This document shows positions 20,993 to 31,100 of a DNA stretch of 64,000 nt, piece by piece. The notes beneath the pieces were generated by a model that was given only the letters and a program-made list of their open reading frames with translations, did no database searches and was not told the origin of the DNA. The stretch's first letter is position 1. The number at the start of each line of letters is the position of its first letter. The DNA is taken from NCBI GenBank assembly GCA_963662945.1, contig OY759974.1, positions 192,001-256,000 of the forward strand, given 5' to 3'. Origin of the DNA: Arcobacteraceae bacterium. GTDB lineage: Bacteria; Campylobacterota; Campylobacteria; Campylobacterales; Arcobacteraceae. A program made the position numbers and the translations under genes.

Positions 20993-21634
20993 TTAACTTG
21001 CTAATACATCATCACCGAATACATCTTCTCTTATGTTTCTTTTTTTCACGTAATTATTAAGACCAATATGATTATTGTAACCAAGTACTTTTGCTATTTT
21101 TCTTACACTTAAACCAACACCTAATAACTCTTCTATTTTATCTCTTTGTTGATCAAATTTTGATTTTTGAATAGTTCCTTTTGGTTTACCCAAAGATACA
21201 CCATCAAGTTTTTTTGCTGTTAATGCTTCTTTAGTTCTTAGACTCATTAAGTCTTTTTCAAGATTGATAGTCATACCTATAACACCTAATATCATTTTTG
21301 TAAGCATATCATCTTTACTGACAAAATCTAAATTTTGAGTTACACTGATTATTCTTACTCCATGGTTTAGTAAAAATTTTATATTCTTCAAAATAGATGC
21401 TGTTGTACGTCCAAATACATTGATATCATAAACAACTACTACACATCCATTTTTACAAGTTTCTAAAATTTTATGAATGTTAGTTTCTTCATCTGGAACA
21501 TTTACTTCTACTTCAATATTTTTATCTAATTGAAGTTTATTTTCTTTAATATATTTTGCAATTCCTAACGCTTGTGCATCTGTATATTCATCATTGTTTT
21601 TATTCACTCTTATAAAACTTACTACTTTTTGCAT
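20993..21634 (-). CDS. Serine recombinase/resolvase-family protein with degenerate active site and C-terminal HTH
   Basis: Resolvase layout (FIRVN, VVVVYDINVFGR, LEKDLMSLRTKEAL, LGKPKG, HTH), but the catalytic RVS(T) serine is replaced by Asn. Confidence 0.7.
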   Translation of the reverse strand: MQKVVSFIRVNKNNDEYTDAQALGIAKYIKENKLQLDKNIEVEVNVPDEETNIHKILETCKNGCVVVVYDINVFGRTTASILKNIKFLLNHGVRIISVTQNLDFVSKDDMLTKMILGVIGMTINLEKDLMSLRTKEALTAKKLDGVSLGKPKGTIQKSKFDQQRDKIEELLGVGLSVRKIAKVLGYNNHIGLNNYVKKRNIREDVFGDDVLAS

Positions 21635-21826
21635 GACAATTTCCTTATATATTTTGTATTAATTATATATTTATAATAATACAATATTTATTAGTTTTAA
21701 ATTAAAACTTATACAAAATGTTATCATTTATATCCTTAAACTAAAATTAAGAATTGTAAATTAACTAATTAAAATTTGTTCAAAAGTGCTTTTTTGATAA
21801 AATACAAAAAAATAAAGGGATAATTC

Positions 21827-22405
21827 TTGGAATATACACAAAACATAAAGAGATTAGTTGTTGGAATATCAGGTGCTTCTGGTGTTGAGCTAGGATTAAA
21901 GTTTATAAAATATATTCCAGAAAACATAGAAATTTATCTAATATTATCAAATAGTGCTAAACATACTTTATCCCTAGAATCCAATAAAGTAAATATTCAA
22001 AATATACCTAATAGATCAAATCTAACTTTATTAGATGATAAAGACTTGGGTGCTTGTGTTTCATCTGGTTCTTTTCAAACAGATGGTTACATTATTGTTC
22101 CTTGTAGTATGAATACTTTAGCAAAATGTACTGTAGGTATTTCAGATACATTGATAACAAGAGTATTCAGTGTAATGTTAAAAGAAAGACGCAATATAGT
22201 TCTTGCTCCAAGAGAAATGCCTTATAACACAATACAATTAGAAAATATGGCAAAGCTATCATCACTTGGTATTAGTATTGCACCTCCAGTATTAGGCTAC
22301 TATAGTGAACAACAAACTTTAGAAGAGATGGAAAAGTTTATTATTGGGAAATGGTTTGATTTACTTCATATAGAACATAATTTATTTAAAAGATGGGGAA
22401 AATAA
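21827..22405 (+). CDS. ubiX: UbiX-family flavin prenyltransferase
   Basis: GISGASG, SSGS, PCSMNTLA, LKERR and PREMP motifs. Confidence 0.9.
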   Translation: MEYTQNIKRLVVGISGASGVELGLKFIKYIPENIEIYLILSNSAKHTLSLESNKVNIQNIPNRSNLTLLDDKDLGACVSSGSFQTDGYIIVPCSMNTLAKCTVGISDTLITRVFSVMLKERRNIVLAPREMPYNTIQLENMAKLSSLGISIAPPVLGYYSEQQTLEEMEKFIIGKWFDLLHIEHNLFKRWGK

Positions 22406-22406
22406 A

Positions 22407-22910
22407 GTGACACAAAATACAAAAAGACGAGCTATCTATAGTGGTACTTTTGATCCAATAACAAATGGTCATGTGGATATCATTAAAAGAGGATTAAAAA
22501 TATACGATGAGATAATTATTGCTGTGGCAAACTCTAGCGCAAAATCTCCAATGTTTAATATTAATACTAGGGTATTACTTATACAAAAGACCTTTGAAGG
22601 GCTAAAAAATGTCAAAGTAGAATCTTTTGATACATTGCTTGTAGATTTTGCAAAAGAAAAAAATGTGTATAATGTAATAAGAGGTTTAAGAACTACCACA
22701 GACTTTGAATATGAACTACAAATGTCTTATGCAAATAGTTCTTTAGATAAAAATTTAGATACAGTATTTTTAATGCCTACTTTAGAGAATGCATTTGTAA
22801 GTTCTTCTGTTGTAAGAGAACTTATAAGATTCAACGGAAAATATGATCATCTAGTACCAATAGAAACACTAAATATGTTAAATAAAGAGGTAAAAAAACA
22901 ATGTATGTAA
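22407..22910 (+). CDS. coaD: Pantetheine-phosphate adenylyltransferase
   Basis: GTFDPITNGH, RGLR, DFEYE and SSSVVRE motifs. Confidence 0.96.
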   Translation: MTQNTKRRAIYSGTFDPITNGHVDIIKRGLKIYDEIIIAVANSSAKSPMFNINTRVLLIQKTFEGLKNVKVESFDTLLVDFAKEKNVYNVIRGLRTTTDFEYELQMSYANSSLDKNLDTVFLMPTLENAFVSSSVVRELIRFNGKYDHLVPIETLNMLNKEVKKQCM

Positions 22911-23488
22911 TAATAGAAGGTATCGATACAGCAGGGAAATCAACACAGCTTGATATACTCAAACAAAAATATCCAGAAGCAATATTCACAAAGGAACCAG
23001 GTGGAACACAAATAGGTTTAAAACTTAGAGAAATGGTACTTAATGGTGAAGCAAAATCAAAAGTTGCAGAAATGTTTTTATTTTTAGCTGATCGTGCTGA
23101 GCATAGTTTTGAAATCGTAAAAAAACATCGAGATGAAATTGTCATAAGTGATAGAGGGTTTTTAAGTGGAATTGCTTATGCTAAAACTGCCCCTTTAGAG
23201 ATAGCAATTAGTTTAAATATAATGGCCTTAAATGGTGCAATGCCAGACAAAATCATTATTCTAGAATTATCAAAAGAAGAATTAGAATATAGACTTTCAC
23301 AAAAAGAACAAGATAGCATAGAAAAAAGAGGTAGTGGATATCTTCTTGAAATACAACAAAGAATGATTGATGCCATAAATATGATTAACAGTATGGGACA
23401 AGTAAAAATTGACTTATTAAGAGTTGATGCAAAACAACCTATAGAAACAATAGCAACACAAATAGAACAGTTTTTAGAGAAAAATTAA
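22901..23488 (+). CDS. tmk: Thymidylate kinase
   Basis: EGIDTAGKST, EPGGT, LADRAEH and SDR motifs. Confidence 0.95.
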   Translation: MYVIIEGIDTAGKSTQLDILKQKYPEAIFTKEPGGTQIGLKLREMVLNGEAKSKVAEMFLFLADRAEHSFEIVKKHRDEIVISDRGFLSGIAYAKTAPLEIAISLNIMALNGAMPDKIIILELSKEELEYRLSQKEQDSIEKRGSGYLLEIQQRMIDAINMINSMGQVKIDLLRVDAKQPIETIATQIEQFLEKN

Positions 23489-23492
23489 ATCT

Positions 23493-25112
23493 CTAAAATG
23501 ACTCTATTATAGGTTTTGGAATTGGTGCTGAGAAGTGATATCCTTGAGAATAATTAGTACCTAATTCTTTTGTAATATTAAAAATTTCTTCATTTTCAAC
23601 ATACTCTGCTATTGTTTTAAGATTTAAACTTTTTGCAAATTCAATAATTGTTTTTACAACTTTATAACTATTATCATCATTCGCAATATTTCTTATGAGT
23701 GAAGCATCAATTTTTAAATAATCTACATTCATTTTTAATAGATGTTCAAAATTAGAATACCCACTTCCAAAATCATCAATAGCAACCTTACATCCAAGAC
23801 TCTTCATCTCTTGAATAAATTCAAATAATAAATCATAGTTTTTAATTCCTTCATCTTCTAGAATTTCCCAAACTACTCTATTTGCCACATTATATTTTTT
23901 CAATTTTTCTTTTATAAAATTTATAAAATCACTATCTTGAATATCTTCATAAGATACATTAATAGAAAATTCAAATGGTAAATTTTCAAACTCTCTAAAA
24001 GATTTTTCTATAACTATTTTTGTAATATTTGCATATTGGTTTGCTTTTTTTGATACATCTAGAAAGAAAAATGGGGCAATAACCTTATCATCATCTAACA
24101 TTCGTACTAGACATTCATATTTGTCTACTTTCATAGTTTCATTATTTACAAGTGGTTGAAAATAAACAATTATATTATCACTATCCATTGCCTTTTTTAA
24201 CTTTTTTGTCCACAACATATTTTTTTCGTATTCTCTGATATTATCAAGTTCTTCATAGAATACTAAATAATTCTTATGTTGTTGTTTTGCAGCATGTAAT
24301 GCTAAATCTGCCGTAATAAGCTTATTGTTTTTAGGTGAAAAAGTTATTCCAGAAGTTGCTCTAATGTCTATTTCATGTTCACCTTCATAAATAACATTAC
24401 TTTCAATTGAACCTAAAATATATACAATTAAATCTTCAAATTCACTTTTGGATAATCCTATATTAGCTAAACAATATACATCTGCTGAAAATTTATACAG
24501 AATAACTTTCTCTCTTACAAACTTTGTCATTTCATTAATAATTTCTACTATTTTTTTTAAAATAACATCACCTATTCTATGTCCAAAGAAATCATTTATT
24601 TCTTTAAAAGAATTAATATCTATGACAGCTAATGCATTGATACCTAAATCTTTTTTTTGCACATCATGTATAAGTTTTGCTCTATTTGGTAACTGTGTGA
24701 GATTATCAATATAAAGGAGTTTTTTTATATCATTTTCATGTTGTAACTCTTTTTTGTACATCATTTGACAGAATTTAATTTTATTGAATACGAGACTATC
24801 ATACCTTTTGATTTCAATAAAATCATAAATTAAAAGATGTTGGTACTTTTCAATATTATCGTAATCTCCAACAAGTAATATTGGTATCTCTTTAAATTTG
24901 TCATTATATTTTGATATAAGATTATCCAAAGCTTCTATTTCAAAATAATTTGTATTTAAAATAATAATATGAATATTATATGATTCTAAATATTTAGTAA
25001 TAGTATCTTGATTGTATCCATGATAAATTGTTTTATCAGTCAACGGTTCTAAGATTTGTGTTGTTAAATGATATGAGCGACTTTCATCAATCAATAAAAT
25101 ATTATAAATCAT
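23493..25112 (-). CDS. GGDEF(degenerate)-EAL protein with N-terminal receiver-like region
   Basis: DNLTQLPNR, NDFFGH, GGDEF replaced by SADVY; EAL domain with ECLVR, DDFGSGYSN, KID and QGY. Confidence 0.88.
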   Translation of the reverse strand: MIYNILLIDESRSYHLTTQILEPLTDKTIYHGYNQDTITKYLESYNIHIIILNTNYFEIEALDNLISKYNDKFKEIPILLVGDYDNIEKYQHLLIYDFIEIKRYDSLVFNKIKFCQMMYKKELQHENDIKKLLYIDNLTQLPNRAKLIHDVQKKDLGINALAVIDINSFKEINDFFGHRIGDVILKKIVEIINEMTKFVREKVILYKFSADVYCLANIGLSKSEFEDLIVYILGSIESNVIYEGEHEIDIRATSGITFSPKNNKLITADLALHAAKQQHKNYLVFYEELDNIREYEKNMLWTKKLKKAMDSDNIIVYFQPLVNNETMKVDKYECLVRMLDDDKVIAPFFFLDVSKKANQYANITKIVIEKSFREFENLPFEFSINVSYEDIQDSDFINFIKEKLKKYNVANRVVWEILEDEGIKNYDLLFEFIQEMKSLGCKVAIDDFGSGYSNFEHLLKMNVDYLKIDASLIRNIANDDNSYKVVKTIIEFAKSLNLKTIAEYVENEEIFNITKELGTNYSQGYHFSAPIPKPIIESF

Positions 25113-25156
25113 AGGGAATTATACATAATTCGTTATTAATACTATATAATAAATTA

Positions 25157-25951
25157 TTATTTAAAAACAACACTTAAATAACCTACTACACTATTTGTAT
25201 CATAACTTGTATCTGCACTTGTGCGATAATCAAATATTTTTGATTCTAAACCTAATTCATTTGCAGCTTCTATCATCGCTTTAACACCTATTATACCACA
25301 AGCTTCACAACCTTTATCAAAAAGTTTTATATCTTGTTTTTGAATTGCTTCTAAACATATACTATCGCGTGCTTTCGCTTCATTCAAACTATAAAAATGA
25401 CTTAAATCTGTACTAATAATAACTAGATTTTGTTCATCCTCAAGTAAATATCTGACTACCTTAGCAATATTAGGGAACTCACAATTACTGTAAATAATTT
25501 CAACAACATCAACATCACCCCCATAATATTTAATAAAAGGAAATTGCGTTTCCGTTGAATGTTCACAATGAACCTGTTCATTAAATCCTATAAAATCAAA
25601 TTTATTTATAAGTTCATTAGTTAAACTTTTATTGATTGTGAGAGTTCCAAATGGTGTAGGATAAGTATCATATAAAGCTACACTAGCACCAGGAAATGCA
25701 AACTTATGTGATGGACCTATTACAATAATATTTTTTATAGTTTTTGGAATATATCTATAAACCATATTTGCAGTAAACCCACTATAAATATATCCTGCGT
25801 GTGGTACAATCATAGCTCTTGGAATTATACTTTTATCCAAAGAGATATTATTTTCTTTTAAAATTGAATTGAAATGCTCAATATATCGTGTAATTTCATC
25901 TTTACTCTTAGGATAAAAAGTACCAGCAACCGCTAATTTCCGTTCACTCAT
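25157..25951 (-). CDS. amrB: AmmeMemoRadiSam system protein B (MEMO1 family)
   Basis: VAGTFYP, PHAGYIYSG, GPSH, EHSTE, STDLSH, CG and VVGY motifs. Confidence 0.92.
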   Translation of the reverse strand: MSERKLAVAGTFYPKSKDEITRYIEHFNSILKENNISLDKSIIPRAMIVPHAGYIYSGFTANMVYRYIPKTIKNIIVIGPSHKFAFPGASVALYDTYPTPFGTLTINKSLTNELINKFDFIGFNEQVHCEHSTETQFPFIKYYGGDVDVVEIIYSNCEFPNIAKVVRYLLEDEQNLVIISTDLSHFYSLNEAKARDSICLEAIQKQDIKLFDKGCEACGIIGVKAMIEAANELGLESKIFDYRTSADTSYDTNSVVGYLSVVFK

Positions 25952-26814
25952 ATTAAACCTCCTACATTTCCCAAATAAATATTTTTTAATCCAACTTGAT
26001 AGCCTATTTCACGTGCATTTTTTAAACTTTCTATAGAAGTTCTAGGAAGTTCTAATTCTTTATAATCAGGATGAAAAGCTGAAATGTGCCAAACTATATT
26101 TTCACCCAGTTCATCTACAATAAAGGATGCTATTTTTTCTATCTCTTCTTTACTGTCATTTTGTGTCGGTACAAGAAGAGTTGTTATCTCTGTATGAATA
26201 CCATTACTCACAAAAAATTTTAAATTTTCTAAAATAACTTCAAGCTTACCACCCAAATTCTTTTTATAATATCTTTCATCAAATGATTTTAAATCAATAT
26301 TAACTGCATCTATAAGCCCAACCATTGCATGACAAACTTCTGATGATTCAAAACCATTACTTACCATAATGTTTTTTAGTCCATTTTTATGTGCTAAGGT
26401 TGCTATATCTTTAATATAGGGGAAAAATATTGTGGGTTCATTGTATGTATATGAAATAGAATCGCAGCCATAATGTAGCGTTAAATTAACAATATCTTTC
26501 GGTGTATAATAGTGTGTTTTATCAATTTTATCTGTTTGAGAAAGTTGCCAATTTTGACAAAACGAACAATGAAAATTACATCCAACAGTTCCTATTGAAA
26601 ATGTTTTTGTTTTGGGTAAGAAATGATATAAGGGTTTTTTTTCAATTGGATCTATATGCATAGCATTTGGATATCCATACACCAAACACTCTATCTGATC
26701 CCCTACATTTTTATTAACTTTACAAATTCCAACTTGCCCTACTTTTATATTACAATAATGCCCACATAACAAACAAGTCATCTTATCTTCTGAACTTTGT
26801 TTATAAAACTGCAT
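25948..26814 (-). CDS. amrS: AmmeMemoRadiSam system radical SAM enzyme
   Basis: DPIEKKPLYHF, CNFHCSFCQNW, YTYNEP and FHPDY motifs. Confidence 0.92.
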   Translation of the reverse strand: MQFYKQSSEDKMTCLLCGHYCNIKVGQVGICKVNKNVGDQIECLVYGYPNAMHIDPIEKKPLYHFLPKTKTFSIGTVGCNFHCSFCQNWQLSQTDKIDKTHYYTPKDIVNLTLHYGCDSISYTYNEPTIFFPYIKDIATLAHKNGLKNIMVSNGFESSEVCHAMVGLIDAVNIDLKSFDERYYKKNLGGKLEVILENLKFFVSNGIHTEITTLLVPTQNDSKEEIEKIASFIVDELGENIVWHISAFHPDYKELELPRTSIESLKNAREIGYQVGLKNIYLGNVGGLI

Positions 26815-26815
26815 T

Positions 26816-27379
26816 TTATTGCTCTTGAATTTTCTCTACTGTGTAAGTAAATATTTGAGGAGCCTGATTTTGTTCAATCATCTCTAAACCAGCTTTTTTA
26901 TAAAGATGATACATAAACATATCAAAATCAGGTATCTCTTCCCAAACTTGAGGTAAAAATGTAGACTGAAAAGATCCAAGTTTTAAAATCACTCCATGTA
27001 TATTTGGTTTGATTTTAGATTTTAAATCTTTGAAATCTTTATATTTTACTTCTGTAATGGGACTTATAAGTGATATTTCTACTTTTATATTATCAAATTC
27101 TTCTTGACTCAAAGGATTAAATCGTGGGTCTTCAAAAGCAGCTTTTCTAGCATTTGTTGTCAAATCATTATATAAAGTTGTATGGGGAACTAATGAACCT
27201 ATACATCCTCTTAAGTGTCCGTTTATAGTTAAAGTTACAAAAGTTGCTGCATTTTTATTGAAATTTGGAAATTTTTCTAAAAATTCTTCTTTATTTAAAG
27301 TATGTTTGCTATAGAGCTCATCAAAAATTGCAACCCTAACTAAATTTACTAGTAACTCACCTATTTTTTCTACATCCAT
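26816..27379 (-). CDS. amrA: AmmeMemoRadiSam system protein A (AMMECR1 family)
   Basis: ATFVT, LRGCIGS, DPRF, TFLPQVWE and KAG motifs. Confidence 0.93.
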   Translation of the reverse strand: MDVEKIGELLVNLVRVAIFDELYSKHTLNKEEFLEKFPNFNKNAATFVTLTINGHLRGCIGSLVPHTTLYNDLTTNARKAAFEDPRFNPLSQEEFDNIKVEISLISPITEVKYKDFKDLKSKIKPNIHGVILKLGSFQSTFLPQVWEEIPDFDMFMYHLYKKAGLEMIEQNQAPQIFTYTVEKIQEQ

Positions 27380-27510
27380 AACAAATCCTTCTACATCTTG
27401 ACAAATTTATTAATTATACCAAATATTCTTGATTTCATCAATCTATAAAAAAATTTTAGATACAATCGCGGATAATAATATTAAAGAATAAAGAAATTCA
27501 AGGAACACAA

Positions 27511-29472
27511 ATGTCAGATTCATGTAAAAAAGTATATATAACCACACCTATCTATTATGTAAACGATGTAGCACATATAGGTCATGCCTACACAACTATC
27601 ATAGCAGATATGTTAGCAAGATACTCAAGACTAGTAGGGTATGATACTTTTTTCTTAACAGGTACTGATGAACATGGTCAAAAAATTGCAGATAGTGCTG
27701 CTGCTAGAAATAAAACGCCAAAAGAATATGCAGATGAAGTAAGTGGAAAGTTTAAAAAACTTTGGGATGATTTTGATATCTCTTATGATAAATTCATCAG
27801 AACTACAGATGAAGAACATAAAATTGGTGTTCAAAAAGCTTTTGAAAAAATGTATGCAAAAGGTGATATCTATAAAGGTCACTATGAGGGTAACTATTGT
27901 GTAAGTTGTGAAACTTTTTTTACAGATGCTCAACTTATCGACGGAGAAGGTTGTCCTGATTGTGGGAGACCTACAAGTGTCGTAAAAGAGGAAAGTTACT
28001 TTTTTAAACTTTCTAACTATGAAGATAAACTTCTAAAACTTTATGAAGAAAATCCAGAATTTATATTGCCAAAAGCAAAAGCAAAAGAGATAGTAAACTT
28101 TGTAAGTGGTGGATTAAATGACCTTTCAATCTCACGTACAAGTTTTGATTGGGGTGTAAAATTACCAGCTTCTATGAATGATGATAAACACGTAATGTAT
28201 GTATGGCTTGATGCTCTTTTAAACTATATTACTGCACTTGGATATGGAAGTGATGAAGCAAATATGAAATACTGGCCTGCAAAAGTACAACTAGTAGGAA
28301 AAGATATTCTAAGATTTCACTCTATTTTTTGGCCAGCATTTTTAATGAGTCTTGATCTACCACTTCCTGATCATATTGCAGCACATGGTTGGTGGACAAG
28401 AGATGGTGAAAAGATGTCAAAATCAAAAGGAAATGTTGTAGATCCAAAAGAAGTAGCAGATGCGTATGGACTAGATAGTTTTAGATATTTTATGCTTAGA
28501 GAAGTACCATTTGGTCAAGATGGAGACTTTTCTCAACGAGCTTTAATGGATAGAATCAACTCAGATTTAGGAAATGATTTAGGAAACCTTTTAAATAGAA
28601 TCCAAGGGATGAGTGGAAAATATTTTGATTTTAAAGTAACAAGTAAAGATGTTGCAAAATATCATCAAAAAGAATTAGATGATGTTCATACAATTTTAGA
28701 AAATGCCGAGCCACTTATCTATAATATGCAAATCAATAGATACCTTGAAGAGATTTGGAAAGTATTAACAATTGCAAATAAAGCAATAGGTGATTATGAA
28801 CCGTGGACTATGATGAAAGATGGTCGTGAAGAGGAAGCTATGGCTCTTGTTGCTCTTATTACAAATATTATGGCAAAAGTTTCATTATTACTTGATAGTG
28901 TAATGCCAGAAAAAATAGCTAAAATAGCTTCTTCGTTAGGAATTGAAATTTCAACAGAAAACTATAAAAAACTTCTAAAAAACAAAGAATTAATAGCTGA
29001 TACAACTATCACTAAAATTGATGCCCTATTCCCAAGAATAGAAGAAGAACTAATAGCAACTGCTGAAGTACAAAAAACAGAATCTATAGTGGAAAAGCCA
29101 AGAAAAGAAGCTGGAAAACAAGATATAAAAGAGGAAGAACCAGACAATTTAATAACAATAGATCAATTCTTTGAAACAACACTACGAATTGGTACAATTG
29201 TTGAAGCCCAAGAGGTTCCAAAGTCTAAAAAACTTTTAAAACTTCAAGTTGATGTTGGAGAGAGTCAACCACGACAAATACTTGCAGGTATCAAAGAATT
29301 TTATAGTGCAGAATCTTTAGTTGGTACTCAAGCTTGTGTTGTAGCTAACTTAAAACCTGCAAAACTCATGGGTATGGTAAGTGAAGGTATGTTGCTCGCA
29401 GCTAAAGATGAAAATGGACTACACCTTTTAAGACCAGAAGCTAGTAAAGTAGCTGGAACAAAAGTAAGCTAG
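27511..29472 (+). CDS. metG: Methionine--tRNA ligase with C-terminal tRNA-binding domain
   Basis: HIGH, GTDEHG and KMSKS motifs; C-terminal OB-fold (NLKPAKLMG...SEGMLL). Confidence 0.97.
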   Translation: MSDSCKKVYITTPIYYVNDVAHIGHAYTTIIADMLARYSRLVGYDTFFLTGTDEHGQKIADSAAARNKTPKEYADEVSGKFKKLWDDFDISYDKFIRTTDEEHKIGVQKAFEKMYAKGDIYKGHYEGNYCVSCETFFTDAQLIDGEGCPDCGRPTSVVKEESYFFKLSNYEDKLLKLYEENPEFILPKAKAKEIVNFVSGGLNDLSISRTSFDWGVKLPASMNDDKHVMYVWLDALLNYITALGYGSDEANMKYWPAKVQLVGKDILRFHSIFWPAFLMSLDLPLPDHIAAHGWWTRDGEKMSKSKGNVVDPKEVADAYGLDSFRYFMLREVPFGQDGDFSQRALMDRINSDLGNDLGNLLNRIQGMSGKYFDFKVTSKDVAKYHQKELDDVHTILENAEPLIYNMQINRYLEEIWKVLTIANKAIGDYEPWTMMKDGREEEAMALVALITNIMAKVSLLLDSVMPEKIAKIASSLGIEISTENYKKLLKNKELIADTTITKIDALFPRIEEELIATAEVQKTESIVEKPRKEAGKQDIKEEEPDNLITIDQFFETTLRIGTIVEAQEVPKSKKLLKLQVDVGESQPRQILAGIKEFYSAESLVGTQACVVANLKPAKLMGMVSEGMLLAAKDENGLHLLRPEASKVAGTKVS

Positions 29473-29485
29473 TATTTTATAAAAT

Positions 29486-30442
29486 ATGCAAATAACTGCA
29501 CTAACAGATATAGTTGAAGGGAAACTTCTCAATACCCCTTCCATATCTTTTGTAACTCAAGTACATACTAATCTTGCAAAAGTAAATGAGGGTGATGCTT
29601 TTTTTGCTACAAATGCAGAAGATATTCCTGAGGCTATAAAAAAAGGTGCATTTGCTATTATTTATCAATTTCAAACAACTATTCTAGACAATGAAATTGC
29701 GTGGATTCAAACAGATGATTTAGAAAAAGCCATCTGTAATATTTTAAGATTTAACCTTTTAAAACACAATATAAAATATATCCATACAAATAAAGTATTT
29801 TTTAAACTTCTCAATGCGTTTAAATCAAAAGAACTTTCATATATCGTGACATTAAAAGATAATTTGCTTTTAGATTTTGAACTTCTCAATAATATTGTAG
29901 AAGATAAAATTATCTTCGGAACAAATTTTGACTTTTTAGAATCAATTGGAGCCGATGTATTATCTTTAGAAAACAAAATCTATGATGTGAAAAATCTTAC
30001 AAGTCACTCTTTATTTGAAACCTCATTTTCTTATAAAGATAAATTTTTTGACAAGATTAAAATACCAACTGTGTATATCAATGATTTACTCCAACAGCTA
30101 GAACTTTTTGAATATAAAGTGGACTTAAAAAAACTTAATAGCTTTAATCTCTTTAAACCTATTTTTATCAATAAAAGCAACCAAATAGTTCAATTTGGTC
30201 AAACAAATCGATTTATTCTTGCAAATGAAGATAAAGAGATTTGCAACATTGAAATCTCATATCTTAAAGAGCACTATAGTTATGCAAATATTAAAGTTAT
30301 TGATACAACAAATAGTGATGATAATGAAATCTTTAGTCATATCAAAAACAATAATTTTAATGCCTTATATCTTTGTGGTACAACATATAAAACAATTATA
30401 AAAATTCTTGAAAATAATTATGATGATAATAGGCTTTTATAA
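29486..30442 (+). CDS. Hypothetical protein with MurE/MurF N-terminal-like region
   Basis: N-terminus (KVNEGDAFFA...AIKKGAFAII) resembles the Mur ligase N-domain; no P-loop follows. Confidence 0.5.
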   Translation: MQITALTDIVEGKLLNTPSISFVTQVHTNLAKVNEGDAFFATNAEDIPEAIKKGAFAIIYQFQTTILDNEIAWIQTDDLEKAICNILRFNLLKHNIKYIHTNKVFFKLLNAFKSKELSYIVTLKDNLLLDFELLNNIVEDKIIFGTNFDFLESIGADVLSLENKIYDVKNLTSHSLFETSFSYKDKFFDKIKIPTVYINDLLQQLELFEYKVDLKKLNSFNLFKPIFINKSNQIVQFGQTNRFILANEDKEICNIEISYLKEHYSYANIKVIDTTNSDDNEIFSHIKNNNFNALYLCGTTYKTIIKILENNYDDNRLL

Positions 30443-31100
30443 AAAAATATTCATTTTAGTTCTCTTTTTAGCTATAACACTCGTAGCTGAAAATCCAAAA
30501 TATTTCAGTGATAAATTTATAAACACTCCATATCAAGCAAATACTTTAATTGGTTCTTTCACTACTAAAGAAAAACTAGTAACAAGAACTGATATGTTTG
30601 ACTGTTTTACATTTGTAGATTATATTGAAGCTTCTAAATCACAAGAGTCTATTGAAAAAGCACTTAAAAATATACGTTATAAACATGGCATAGTAACCTA
30701 TACAAAAAGAAATCATTTTTTTAGTGATTGGATTATTTATAATCCACATATGAAAGATATTACTTGTAAAGTTGGAATTTGTCAAAAAACTCTTAAGAAC
30801 CTTAATCAAAAATCTAAAAATGAAGTTTATCTTCAAGGTATAGAGATAATTCAAAGAGAAATTTACTATACTAAACCAGAAAACTTAGATTATACGAACT
30901 TAGAGAGTGGAGACTATATCGGTATCTATACTGCTAAAAATGGACTTGATGTGACACATGTTGGTATTGCTATTCAAAAAGAGAATATATGGTATTTAAG
31001 ACATGCTAGTTCAAAAATGAAAAAAGTAATTGATAGTAATCTAAAAGAATATATAAAAAATAAAGATGGCATTATCATCTATAGAAGTGATATGAAATGA
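30420..31100 (+). CDS. DUF1460 / NlpC-P60-like N-acetylmuramoyl-L-alanine amidase-like secreted protein (start approximate)
   Basis: Signal peptide; TPY, DCFTFVDY, RNHFFSDW, LDVTHVG and RHASS motifs. Confidence 0.82.
   Translation: MMIIGFYKKIFILVLFLAITLVAENPKYFSDKFINTPYQANTLIGSFTTKEKLVTRTDMFDCFTFVDYIEASKSQESIEKALKNIRYKHGIVTYTKRNHFFSDWIIYNPHMKDITCKVGICQKTLKNLNQKSKNEVYLQGIEIIQREIYYTKPENLDYTNLESGDYIGIYTAKNGLDVTHVGIAIQKENIWYLRHASSKMKKVIDSNLKEYIKNKDGIIIYRSDMK

Noticed and set aside
7940-21634. Idea that the resolvase-like gene inverts the + strand GT9 segment
   Set aside because: No inverted repeats were found flanking the GT9, and the resolvase lacks its catalytic serine
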